A stretch of 62,874 bases of DNA, the filler included, from Neolecta irregularis DAH-3 (lineage: Eukaryota): assembly GCA_001929475.1 (NCBI GenBank). It is 7 parts of 7 records of this genome, joined end to end, with 100 filler letters (N's around TTAATTAATTAA, not from the genome) between each part and the next. Parts side by side here need not be neighbours in the genome. Positions count along the whole stretch, not along the records: positions 8,741 to 28,303 come from LXFE01000595.1; 6 more parts are not named here. The stretch is one strand, 5' to 3'. Position numbers and translations under genes: made by a program. The notes under the pieces were generated by a model. That model had not been told where the DNA came from, searched no databases, and saw only the letters and a program-made list of their open reading frames with translations. Shown here piece after piece: positions 11,792 to 23,965 of the stretch. The stretch's first letter is position 1; the number at the start of each line of letters is the position of its first letter.

Positions 11792-13302
11792 ATGGATAAC
11801 CCTGGAATCCCTGGATTTTTCTATGGTAACTGGGTATCTGAGAACAGGATCTTATCAAGAAGATCCCCAGAAGAAAAAGTATTTCAAGATTATGCCAAAT
11901 CATAAATGTGGGTCGAGTCATCCTTACTCCCAACAGACAATCGCCAAACGTGAAAAACTAGAAACCGCTGAAAAGGTACTGAATTCCACTACCCAGGACA
12001 CAAAACTGAACGGCTTTCTTTTTATTTAGGCGGACAAAATAAATTTGAGACAGAGGGGTTTCCAAAAATCGTACATTGAAACTCGAAGTCTTTGCAACCA
12101 GTCACAATCTGCTCAACAGGACTTTCGGTCACGGTTATCAGTACAAAAATCCCGTTTGTCGTTTGGGTATATTGATCCTTACGTCAATGTCACGGCAATA
12201 GCATACGATTTCAACACGGGTAATCTAATCTTTGGAGATCACACGGGTCTCGTAAGGCATTCTTTCCCAAATATATTTCCTCTTCTAATTCCCAAGTCTG
12301 CTACAACCTACTTGTGAAAAACCGCAACCAATGTTCAATTTCTTCTCAGAGACTACATGCATTGCAATCGGCTCAGACCGGAGATTAGTGTATGTCGTTC
12401 ACGAGTTTCACTGTTGAGGGTGATTAGAGCTACTTGTCAGGGAAACGAGCGAGGCGCGGGGATGATTCATATTAGTGCACTTACAAATCAAGAAGGGGTT
12501 TTGGATCTTCAGAATCATATTACACTTACCCCTCATCGTAATCAATCAATCTGGACATGTGCAATCTCATCCTCGAATAAAATTGCAGTTGGTAATCAAA
12601 CACTTTACAAGTGGAAATTTTAATTTGAGATCAGGTGGATCTGGGATGTTTATGTTGATTGAACAATCAGGTCATGATTGTACCCAACGAATCCTCAGAT
12701 CTAAAAGTGATGTCTTTGCCGTTCAATTTCTTGATGAGAATGTCTGTATGGCGGGAAGTCGAGACGGTTGTATACGTGCTTTTGATTCTCGAGTGAAATC
12801 CGACGACCATCAATTATTTATTCGTCATTCGTCGACAGTTGCAGGTATTAAGGTTTTGTCTGAATATCAAATTATCGTAAACGGGTTGAGAAATTCAGTG
12901 AGTATGGACAAAGTAAAGGGCTAATTGATTCTAGCTCAAGCTTTATGATGTCCGATTTCCTCATCCGCCTGCTCCATCATCCTTGTACAGTGCGCCTTCG
13001 AAGCCCGTGTTTGAGTATACAGGCCACATCAATGAACATAGCTTGACACTCGGTTTCGACGCAAACCGTAACACGGGAATCATAACTGCAGGTAAATCCC
13101 TCCATCTGTGTTATACTCATAAATAGCTGGTTCAGATAATCGTCTTCGGTTCTGGAATTCGAGGTTTTCTGAACCGTTTAGTGGAGCAGAGTCACTTGAT
13201 TCACACGACTTGTCAATTCGCGCTGTTTGTTTGGCCCACGATGCATTTTGGATCGCGTCACCCAGTGAACCATACACGATGGAACAATACAAAATTCCAT
13301 AA
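11792..13302 (+). CDS. WD40-repeat protein, DCAF4/WDR21-like, multi-exon
   Basis: N-terminal PGIPGFFY|DPQKKKYFKI; SDVFAVQF, GSRDGCIRAFDSR, LKLYDVR and GSDNRLRFWN; includes GC-AG intron 12257-12296. Confidence 0.8.
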
Positions 13303-13441
13303 CTTGGTTTATAATCTGGCGCCGTAAAAATGGGGGATATCATTGTAAATATCAAAGGTCATATAAAAACGGATATTACTCTTACTGTTTGATCAATCAA
13401 ATATCTTGATTACAAACAACACAAAGAAAAAGAAATTCTTC

Positions 13442-15347
13442 TCAGAATTTGAATTTTTCTCTCTTCTTATCCCCTGATTTCCCCGCCTGTTGTTGTTGCT
13501 GCTGCTGCTGCTGTTGAATCTTTTTGTTTTGGCGTTGACTGTGCTCAGTGACCATATCTGATAAATCTTCCTGAAATGCCTGTCTTTCTAGTTTCTGGCG
13601 GTCTATTTCGCCGTCATATGCAGCTTTTACTGCGTCTTTGGATAGACGGCCTGATTCCAGTGCTTCCGGGTCAATAGCAACGTCCACATCGCCTTTGCGT
13701 TTCTACGGCAGAATCAGTATGAGAAAAAGAAGGACAATTACGCGGGCGGGCTGGTCGGTGAGCATTGGCGGTTTGTTTACAGAGGACATATCGTATCCGT
13801 GCTGCGAACCCATGAACCCGCGAATACTTTTTTCTTTTTCGGGGAGAATGGTATAGAGTTGTGCTTGATCGTCTTCTTGAGCTCGCTGTTTGCGGAGTTC
13901 GATGAAATCTGGAGTTTCGATGCCGCTGGGAACGCTACTTGCAAACCCGCTTGGAGTTGCAATTCCACTTGGAGTAGCAAGACCATCGAGGATGGCTTCG
14001 CCATCTGGTTCTGCCATTTCCACATCTTGTTGGAGTTCTTGATCGTTGTCATCTTCTTCCTGGTCGTCTTCATCGCCATAGTCTTCGATTTCGCCCCACA
14101 TAACCTTTTGGATGGGTTCGCCTTTTTCAAGGGGCGCCGCTGTTTTCATTGTACCAAAGACGTCGCCGTATAGCGGCCGGTTGTATTCGTCGACTGGAGG
14201 TTTTCCCCATCCACCGGGATGGTAGCCCCATAAAGCACTATACATAAGGAAAAAGTATAAAGATAAAATACCCAATTCCATGAGGTAGAGGAGCGTTGAG
14301 TCCTGGTATTTTGAGTGCGGGATAACTTGGCGGCGGCCCGAATCGCTGCATATTGATGAGCCAGGGCGGAGGAGCGCCTGGAGGAATACTGAGAGCATCT
14401 TTAAGTTCGTCGCTGAGATCGCCCGGGCGGCGGTCTTTGAGGTTTGCTTCGTATTCTTTTCCTTCATAGTACACTTCACCATAGTCTGTGAGATGCGGTT
14501 TAGTCTGGAACCGAAAGAAGGCATCATGGAGTTTCTGGTAGTCGATGTCGAGTTTTCCCATCTTTGGCTGTACTTTTGCACGCATTTTCTGGCGGAGGGT
14601 TTGATTTTCTTCTCGTTCGCGGGTACTATCGCGCATTTCTGCGATTCCTGTTGCGCGAATAAAATCTGGAAGTTCAAAGGGGGGTTTTTCGACGCCTTTT
14701 TTCGAAGCGAGATAGTCTCGTTTCTGAGCCCAGTGAGCAGGAACTGGAACGGCATTTCTAGCGGATTTGAGATGGAGGAGCAGTTTTGGATCTGGGGCAG
14801 ATACGTCTGTCCACTAGAAATATTTAGCAGGTATTTATATACAGGGAGATACTTCTACGAGATCTGGGTGCTTAACTTGCTGTTTGAGTTCTGCCACGGT
14901 CATGCGATTCATGCGCTTAGCTTTTTTCTTTGAGAGTTTAGGATTCGAGTCTGTTTGGTCTTCCTCCGAAGGCACATCGCCATCGTCGCTATAGTATACT
15001 TGGCCTTTTTCTGGGGGAAGCGAGTCTGAAGAGTCTTGAAAGTAAAACTTGTCGAGGACGTGTTTGAAGACTGAGTAAGTTGGATCGTCGTGGTCGATAT
15101 CCAATAGGAGAGACTGATGAGAGTGATTCTGATATTGTTGATTAGAGTATTGTTGATTTGATTCTTGTTGATTCAATTTCTGACTTTGTGGTTGACTTGA
15201 TTCCTCGCTCTGTGGCAGGTCATCTTGGTCATTCTGAAGCGGTTTCTTCCTGAGACGGCGTTTGAGACGTTTTAGCTGTGCCCGAGAGGGATTTTGACAA
15301 GCGGATGGATCTGGATTTGAGTTTTGGAGGAGATCAAGGACGGGCAT
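13442..15347 (-). CDS. SF3B2: U2 snRNP SF3b subunit 2 (SF3B2/Sap145/Cus1), 4 exons
   Basis: MTVAELKQQVKHPDLVE, KVQPKMGKLDIDYQKLHDAFFRFQ, PPPWLINMQRFGPPPSYP, WGYHPGGWGKPP; C-terminal KFKF. Confidence 0.95.
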
Positions 15348-15449
15348 GGGAGTGAATTTGAATTTTGATCGAGATGGAGGGAGGAGAAACCCAACCTTTT
15401 TGATGATCCGTATCCACCCCTTTCGCATTCCCTCACCCACAATATTTTC

Positions 15450-16494
15450 ATGCCCGCAGTATTTAATGGCCACAGTCTGCTGTTTATTGCACTGTGTCTT
15501 TTGTGGTTTGCAGCCAGTTCCATGACAGGTGTTTCATCAAAAGCGGTGCTTACTGCGATGCCCGCTCCTGTTTCGCTGACAATTGCACAATTCGCAAGTG
15601 CTGCGCTTTGTGCTTTTGCGTTTGCGTTTGCTCCTCTTTCGCAGTCGCTGCTCCACTCGAAACCGCATTCCGCAGCTGTGATTTTACGTGCTGCTGCGCC
15701 GTTGAGCGTCTTTCAGGTCGCCGGACATGTTTTTGGTTCGCTTGCCACGGCAAAACTCAGTGTTTCGACTGTGCAAACCGTAAAAGCACTCAGCCCGCTG
15801 TTTACTGTGGCGGCGGATCGTTTCTTGTTTTGTGCGAATTACTCGAGTCTCACGTACCTTTCGCTGTTTCCGCTCACCGCCGGAGTCGTCGCTGCTTGTT
15901 CGCAAGATCTGTCTGCACATCCGCTCGGACTCGTGTGTGCACTCTTGTCCGCGCTGGTTTTTGTAGCGCAGAATTTGCTTGGCAAGAAAGTGCTTTCGCC
16001 AGATTCGCCCGCCAAGATCGACCATCTGAGTCTCATTTTCTACTCCTCTGCCATTGCATTCTGCATTACTCTGCCGGTTTGGCTCTACTGTGACGTTTTA
16101 CCGTTTCTTTTGCGGGTGTCTCCAGTGTCCATCGCTGTTTCGCCGCTCTATTTGGGTGCTGCGTTCTTCTTCAACGGTCTTTGTCATTTCGCCCAAAACG
16201 TCCTCGCATTCGCCCTCCTCAGCATCACAAGCCCAGTCTCGTATTCAATTGCAAGTCTCATCAAACGCATCTTCATCATCGTCTTTTCCATTTTGTGGTT
16301 CCGCCAGCCAACAAGACCCGTCCAAGCACTCGGAATTCTATCAACGTATATATACTCCTCTATTCTGTTCTGATCCCAGCTTTTTCGGACTCTATCTCTA
16401 CGACCGTGCAAAACTCGTCTCAAAATCACGCGATGCCCTTCTCCCCGTCTCGGAAAAATCACAGCCTCATCCTTCCAGGTCGTCGGACAATTAA
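15450..16494 (+). CDS. Triose-phosphate/nucleotide-sugar transporter family (SLC35E1/Sly41-like)
   Basis: About 9-10 TM segments; VSTVQTVKALSPLFTV and SPVSYSIASLIKRIFII; one 3' intron. Confidence 0.88.
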
Positions 16495-16613
16495 CTGCAT
16501 CTTTGTAATAGTAGAATAATTTATTGGGATACAAAACTTCATTAGACGTATCTATGGTTACACATCTTGAACGATGTACAAAGAGGATCACTTCGCCTTT
16601 TCTCACCACCACG

Positions 16614-17704
16614 ATGTCTCCTCAAAAACAACCCGTTTCCTATTCAAATATCCTTCTCGGTGCCTGCCTTAACATGTTTGAGTATGCGTCTCATCTGCTT
16701 TTCCTAATATCCAGAGTCACTACCCTCGGTCAACCCTTGGAAGTCACGAAGGTCGCACCATAACTCGTTCACACTAATTAAAGACCCACATGGCCGCCAA
16801 TCGAGGAGACGGTTTAATAAACTCATTTAGAAATATTTGGGCTCGCGGCGGTATTCTGGGCTTCTACCAAGGTCTTCTCCCATGGGTATTCTTTCAAAAC
16901 ACCCTTGACTTCTCACCTCCAGGCCTGGATCGAGGCTTCAACAAAGGGCGCAGTGCTTTTATTCACAGCTAGCGAACTCGAACACACTGCAAAAGTCGCT
17001 GGATCAAGTAATTTTGTCGCTGGTATCCTCGGTGGCATGGGAGGCGGAATCGCACAGGCATATGCTACCGTATTGAAATCATGCTCTTTTCTTTAACTCA
17101 TCCAATAGATGGGATTTTGCACTTGCATGAAAACTGTCGAAATCACACGTCTTAAAGTTGCAGCTGGAGGACAAAAACCTCCCGGCACGTTTCAAGTGTT
17201 TATGGATATTTACAGACGAGAAGGCATCAAAGGAATCAACAAGGGAGTCAACGCGGGTATCAAACCCCACTCCTTCCTATACTCATATCCCAAGTCGCTA
17301 TCCGCCAATGTACAAACTGGGGCTCACGAATCGGATTGTCACGATTAGCAGAATCATGTATCAGAGACATTCGTGGCCTGAAGCAAGATTCCTCGTTAAC
17401 CCCCCTCGACAAAATCTGCGCATCAGTCTTAGGAGGCGGTTTATCTGCTTGGAATCAACCAATCGAAGTAATCCGAGTCGAAATGCAATCCGCTAAAAAC
17501 GACCCTAATCGTCCGCAAAAATTGTCAATAGTGACTACTGCCAAATATATCTATGCGAATAATGGATTCAAGGGGCTCTATCGTGGTGTCACTCCACGGA
17601 TTTGTCTTGGTGTCTGGCAAACTGTTTGTATGGTTGGCGTTGGCGATATTGCTAAAGTTTGGGTTGCGAAAATTACAGGGGAGACGCCTGTTGGGAAACA
17701 CTAG
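16614..17704 (+). CDS. YHM2: Mitochondrial citrate/oxoglutarate carrier, 6 exons
   Basis: [73 protein letters not shown]. Confidence 0.93.
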
Positions 17705-17741
17705 ATTTTATTATAAAATGTGCTTATTCTACATAGAGGGT

Positions 17742-18415
17742 CTACTTTCTTGGATTTGATCGTCCTGCTAGAAAACCAGCTGCATCGAAATTCATCGAAT
17801 TCCCTATTTTATTCTGCCGTTCATTCATTTCTTTTACGGCTTGTGGATCTAAAACTTGAACAAGCCGCTTCTCTAATACATACCTATGTTTTCAGTCATT
17901 TTGGGTATCACGTAAATCATCAAGCTCATAAACACGGCCATCAGTAACATGGGATTCCCAACCAGCGACATCAAACTGAACCCTTCCCGAGGCTACCTAT
18001 TTAGCAGAAATTTTAGAAAGAGGGGTACAGTGAAATAGTCTGCCCTGGAAACAGCTTGAAGAAGAATGGGAAAAGGCTCAACAGGTCCGATATGATCCCA
18101 TTCGTTCCCTCGAATAGTAGTATGCACCACAACCAGGGCTTGTTGTACATCTACTCTCAATGGCCTAAACACATGTGTTGGACAATGTACAGTGAGCAAG
18201 TACGAGTCCACATCCACATTTCCAATCTCGAATTTTCCATACTGTGTTAGGGGGGCAGTATAGTGTGATCCCGGCGCGGATAACGACACGTATGAAGAGG
18301 GAGGTAATATCACTGGATCTGCGAGTAATGCCGAAGGAACAATTGAGCCTGATACAGCCATTGAAAGAACGGCGGCGTTGCTAGTCAAATAGAGGAGAGC
18401 GAATAGAGTTTGCAT
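17742..18415 (-). CDS. EMC7: ER membrane complex subunit 7, 3 exons
   Basis: Signal peptide, G.FEIGNVDVDSYLLTVHCPTHVF, REGFSLMSLVGNPMLLMAV TM, C-terminal FDAAGFLAG. Confidence 0.85.
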
Positions 18416-18463
18416 TGAATCAAAGATGACTAGACGTTGAAGTTCAATTGTTTCCCTTTCCCC

Positions 18464-18897
18464 ATGAAACAACCCGAATTCCAAGATCCAGCTCCATCGC
18501 CTTATCCATCTAAAGTGTCTCAAAATGAAATTGAACGACTCGAAAAATTCGTTTTGGAAGCACCGAGGGAGGAATATACCTTCTTTTCCGACCGCGGTAG
18601 CCAAGAAAGCGAAATCTGCCGAGAAGGAAATGGCTATCGAAGGTAGAAAATCTCCTTCTTTATAGCGATTCAAGTTTACCGTTATTAGTTGTCAGAGAAT
18701 CCGTTTATCAAGGTATCTTTTTTATTTATTCTTTAATGATTCATGTTCATTATTAAAGCACTGAAATGTTTAAAAGATTAACAGAGAACGGGTATTTCTC
18801 GATTAATTCATGTCATCAGGTTTCATTAGATAGATACTTTTGCGCTCTTTCACTCGATCCCAAAAAATCAGAAATGCATTGCAGAAAAATGGACTAG
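18464..18897 (+). CDS. Small conserved-looking hypothetical protein (~99 aa, 4 Cys), 4 exons
   Basis: Three short GT-AG introns join to give ...EICREGNGYRSCQRIRLSSTEMFKRLTENGYFCALSLDPKKSEMHCRKMD*. Confidence 0.6.
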
Positions 18898-18924
18898 ATA
18901 AATTTCTTTAATTCATTTATTCAT

Positions 18925-19305
18925 TCATTGTAACGGCGTCATAAACTCTGAAATGTCCTTAGTAAACGGATACTCTCCTGGTCCTCTAAACCCCGGAAAT
19001 CAGTAAAACTATGGATTTCGTCAGAGTATATACAGTCTAGTTTGCCAAATTTGTTCGCTCGCTCTCCCTTTTATCTTTTGCGCAATTTTTTCAATGCGGT
19101 GGTGTCGGACCATTTCCATTTGTTCTTCAGATGTGTGAAAACGTGTGCCCATGCAGAATTTCAGTTCATTCCATTTTTGCGAACAGTTTGGTGGATTTCC
19201 ATAGCGGTAGTAACTTTTACTAAAATTGGCGATGGAGTAGCACCGACTCCAGTCGTCGAACGCAGCGCGAATCGAGCAAGTTGATTCATCGTCGATTTCG
19301 GCCAT
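18925..19305 (-). CDS. Emi1/C22orf39-like (DUF3128) twin-Cys protein
   Basis: CSIRAAFDDWSRC...SYYRYG...CSQKWNELKFCM...SEQIWQTR; one 3' intron. Confidence 0.85.
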
Positions 19306-19463
19306 TCAAACAGGCAGAGTGCGTTGTTGTTAAAGAAATGTCGACGAGAGAGTAAATTGTGAGGGTATTTTTGAGTAAGGGCAACTAGCTGTAGCTTGAT
19401 TCGCAGAAATACAGGTTTCCGCATATGAAATATATATAGAAATGACCATACAAAAAACTAGCT

Positions 19464-21480
19464 TCACCGCAAAATGCATCTTGGTAGTCAAGTACTACTA
19501 TAAAATGGAAACTACCTGGGACACCTCCAATGGCTTGGATCTTGTGGAAAAGATTGACAAGATTTGTGATAATATGGGTTCTCGCATTCCTTGTAATAAA
19601 ACATCAACCTGATGCAGAGAAATTACCATGTTTTTGCAGAATATAATATCTCCGCGCTTCCAAGGAAGACTACAACATGCCATCACCCAGTGATCATTAG
19701 CGTCTCTACAAAATCAATCAACAATCTCACTAAAAATTACTTGACGACTTCTAGTGCCGTTTGATATGGCTCGAGTAGCTGACCAATCTGAAATACTGTT
19801 TCAGGGTCGATTCGTCTATGGTCGACGAGATTCATCACCATCATAAGAATATCAACGTGAAACATGTGTGATGTGATATGTTCCCTTTTCTCCTGGCAAA
19901 ACCGAATCAAACATTCTGCCAAGGCCTGATTACTTCGTGGACTGCTAGTTAGTAATTGAATCGATTTGTTTTACTTTATCAATGAAATAAAAGATGTCCA
20001 TAATTTCATAAAATCTTTCTCGGATTGAATGACATCCGAGAAATCGTCAAGTTCCTAGACATAAAAGCAAATACCAAACAGACAAATACCTCGTTTTGCT
20101 TCCGAATATACCAGTTCATATCAATCTCATCTTCGCTCTCCTCGACTTGTTCACCCGGTCTGAATTTCCTTCGCGTACGTGAATCGTAAAAGCTTCCCAC
20201 AAGAGGCACAGTTTTGATTCTTCGTTTCTTTGGAATTATCGCGTTTGATACACGATTAGACATCCGTAGAATTTTGTGTTTTTTGGTGAAGCTGAAAACA
20301 CGAGGATCTGGCGCATTTTGACTTGCCCGTTTTTCCATATATTCGCCATCGATATCAACGTGAATATCAATTATATCACGAGATTTCTGGGAAATGAGTA
20401 ATAGGTATCTTGGTCAAGTTTGCTTACAGTCCACAGTGCGCGTGCCTTGAAGTAATCGTGACATTGATTGAAGTGTTTCTCCATTATCTCGACGGTAGCA
20501 TAGTCTCGTCCTACACAAACTGGACAACGAAACCCTTGTACTTGTTGAATTTTATCTTGGCCAAAATGCCATCTGACCCACGATGTGGTCAGCGAGGAAG
20601 GAGGAGATAGGGCTTTTCGAGGTTGAGAGTGTTTAATTTCAAGTTGAAGTCTTTTAGACCAAGAGGCGGTTATTGTGACATATAATTTCGGGGACACCCA
20701 TTCCTCTCCCTCGTTAAGGAGTACAGAACATCGCTGGAATCGATTTGCTTGAAGATCTACAAGTGTAGAGTTTTGCTGATCGTCAAGTCTTGTGATGATC
20801 TGTTTTAGCTCAAAGTCTCTAGTTACTTCTTCACAAAAGAGCTCTGCAGGACGTTTCACAACGCTCAATTCAGGCGAATCAACGTTGATTATCAGCCATT
20901 CATGGCCTTCGAGCGGGAAAAAGTAAATATATGTGGCATAATCTAGAAATGGAGTAAACTGAGGAGGTTGTTGAAAGCGTGAGTACTGCAAGTCTACCAT
21001 GGAGAGTTTGAAGGGTCCTCCATGCAATTGGACATGCAATGTATTGTCATCGAGGGGAAGGAACGTTGCAATTCGTTGTTGACGTATAAGCGGTACCGTG
21101 GTTTGACCCCGCGAACAATACACGACGAGGACGCATTTGCAGCGGATGGATCTTTGTTTTTGTGTAGTCGAGATTGGTATATGAAATTCGGTGATGTTGA
21201 TGGTCAGAATTGGCGGATCGGAGATGAGAGCATTTACGAGAGCGCGTGGATATAATTCGTCGAGCCGAATCTTCCTACGCGTTTTATCGACATTGCCGAT
21301 AAAAGAGATATTTCGCTCGAGAAAGACTGGGTGGACTTGTCAATTTGCGGTTGATAAAAGGGCGAATATCTGTCTGTAGCGCTGAAGAAGCGCATAGAGA
21401 TTGATATTTCCTGGAATTTCAGGTATTTATCCAGAAAATACTATACCCGTCCACTCTCGAGCAAAATCATCGCCCTGCAT
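19464..21480 (-). CDS. SUZ12: Polycomb PRC2 subunit SUZ12-like (C2H2 finger + VEFS-box) with C-terminal PHD-like finger, about 8 exons
   Basis: N-terminal LYALLQR...PVFLERN; C2H2 FRCPVC..MEKHFNQCH; VEFS-box FYDSRT...ESEDEID...LDDFSDVIQSEKDFMKLW; C-terminal CC...FCKNMECENPYYHKSC...WRCPRC. Confidence 0.85.
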
Positions 21481-21557
21481 GTTGGTTCACCGGTGGTTTA
21501 TTGTGATGCTGCCACGCGGTGTGTGGTTGATTTTGACTCCACAAATAAATACATTCC

Positions 21558-21859
21558 ATGGCAAAAATATATCCACGTTCCACTCTCAAACGTATTGTAA
21601 AGGCACATAGGCCTAAACACAAGATTGGAAGGAATGTAGATACGCTTGTATATCTCCACTGCCACCGGTGCTTATCTTAGATGTTTCTTGACCTCACTGT
21701 TTTCATGTCCAAGTTGATTAAAGAATCTAAACTACAAATGAGAGAGAGCGGAGAAAAGTCCTTGCGGGCTATTCATGTGGAGAAGGCTACAGAGGTATGT
21801 TTCCTTGCTGCAATTAAGTGTAATTCGTCTAGAGAGCCCTTGCCGAGATGCACGGATAG
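21558..21859 (+). CDS. CENP-W/Wip1 histone-fold kinetochore protein, 3 exons
   Basis: MAKIYPRSTLKRIVKAH...NVDTL|MFLDLTVFMSKLIKES...HVEKATE|RALAEMHG*. Confidence 0.85.
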
Positions 21860-21962
21860 GCTATGCAACAAATGGTAGTGTTTAGGCGTTCACGATGTTA
21901 TAAAATGCATAATATAAATAGGTTTAATCGATGGCATTGAATCAGGAAAACAGTCGTCGTGT

Positions 21963-22586
21963 TTACCATTTCCTTATTCCCTGTATAGTTGATATTGCAT
22001 TCAACACCTTGTTTGCTTTCTCCTCACTTAGTCTTTCTGTCACGAATGATTCGAGCTGTGTAAAAAAGGGGCATTCTTCAACTTGCATCTCTTCCGATTT
22101 GACATTGGGCATTCCCATGATGTGTATCGTTGCCATACGGGAATCATCCACGATGTCACTCACAGCCTTTCCATCATTCAGGACTTTGCCCTTGATCAGG
22201 AGTTTGACGTTTTGCAAGCCAGATTTCTCGGATATTTTGGATCTGAGCGTATATATTGTCGTCGTCAAAGGCAGATCCGTGAAAGTCAAGTTGACAACGG
22301 GTGGACGTAATGACCTCACCACAATAGTTGCTTAAAGTGAGTATGGTTCATTGAAATATGTTTACCACTAGATAGTTCTTCTGGATTCCTCTTGCATTTC
22401 CTTTCCAATACAGGAAATGCATTCTATACATGATCAGCTTATCTGGTGTTGGTGAGCATTTACCCCAAGCTGGTTTGGACCTAAGTCCCGCAAGTCAGCC
22501 TTGTGGTCACTCTGCAGCTTGACAGGTTTGGAATCAAGCAGATTCAAAAAGGATTTCGCAAAGGAGACTTCGTCGATAGCAGCCAT
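21963..22586 (-). CDS. Get5/Mdy2-like ubiquitin-like protein, 3 exons
   Basis: EVSFAKSFLNLLDSKPVKLQSDH (Get4-binding N-terminus) plus a UBL domain, KLLIKGKVLND. Confidence 0.8.
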
Positions 22587-22713
22587 TGTAAGGGTGAATG
22601 CCTCTATTACAGTGTCTTGAAGAAATGCAAATGCGGTTAGTACGCACTAGAGCGACCTCGACTACCACAATTTTCCATTTCGAATATAGCCAAACGTATA
22701 TCAGCAAAGAGTA

Positions 22714-23807
22714 ATGTCCGCCCAAAAAGCTGGTCAGGACGATGCAAATAATTCAGACGTAGAAGACCGGAAGACTGCCGAAGCTGCAGTTCTGGTAAGT
22801 TCAGATCCAATCCCCGAAAACACGCCTGTCATAAAAGGCCCTGATTTCAATGTTCCTCAAGATCTCCAATCAATTCTATACAGCATGTCAAATATCGGGT
22901 TTCAGGCAACAAATCTTGGGAAAGCGATAGATATCATCAATAAAATGGTACTGCCATTCCGTCCCGAGAAAGTTAATAAACCTAGAGAGCTTCACCAAAC
23001 TGCACAATATTCCTTGGTTACACTTCAAACCTCATATCTTCTGGCCTTCGAGAAATTATCCGCTATCTAGCACAACATAAACTCATTTCTTGCATCGTGG
23101 CAACGGCTGGCGGAGTGGAAGAAGATTATATAAAATGTCTAGGGAAAACCTACCTCGGCGAATTCTCGTTATCTGGGGCTAAACTACGCGAAAGAGGTCT
23201 CAATCGAATAGGAAACTTGCTCATTCCAAACCAAAATTATTGCAAGTTTGAAGATTGGGTCGTACCGTTGCTTGAAAAAATGTTGCAAGAACAAAAATCG
23301 GAAAATAAGATCTGGACGCCGAGTACCATTATCGACCGCTTAGGAAAAGAAATCAACGACGAAGAGAGCGTCTATTATTGGTGTCATAAGAACCGGATTC
23401 CTGTGTTTTGTCCGGCTTTAACTGACGGGTCGCTGGGGGATATGATATACTTTCATTCCTTCAAATCAGAAGGTTTGATCGTTGATATCGCTGCGGACAT
23501 TCGAAAAATAAACACAATGGCGGTGCGAGCAAAGAATACAGGCATGATTATTTTGGGAGGAGGAATAGTGAAGCACCATATCTGTAATGCTAATCTGATG
23601 AGAAACGGGGCAGATTATGCTGTCTATATCAATACCGGACAAGAATTTGATGGCAGCGATGCTGGTGCTAGCCCCGATGAAGCTGTGAGCTGGGGAAAAA
23701 TACGTGTAGGAGCAGAAAGCGTTAAAGTCTTTGGCGATGCCAGCATCATCTTTCCGTTGATCGTTGGAGGGACTTGGGGAAGTGGAGAAAAAATCGAAAA
23801 GAGATAA
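22714..23807 (+). CDS. DYS1: Deoxyhypusine synthase, 2 exons
   Basis: [61 protein letters not shown]. Confidence 0.97.
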
Positions 23808-23965
23808 ATAATGTGAAATACAGATCGTAAAAGTTTCTACAAGTATTGGCAACGATAGACTACATATGTACATTAGCGAATTCAAAATGACAATGCCGAC
23901 CCCCAATAAACATACACCAACTGCCAAAAAAGCAATCTTACAGCATGTAAGGATGGTAAAAAAAA

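Noticed and set aside
21340-21342. Selenocysteine or stop readthrough at the in-frame TGA of SUZ12
   Set aside because: Readthrough would insert 11 residues into a conserved motif, and the segment has intron-like length and a branch motif.
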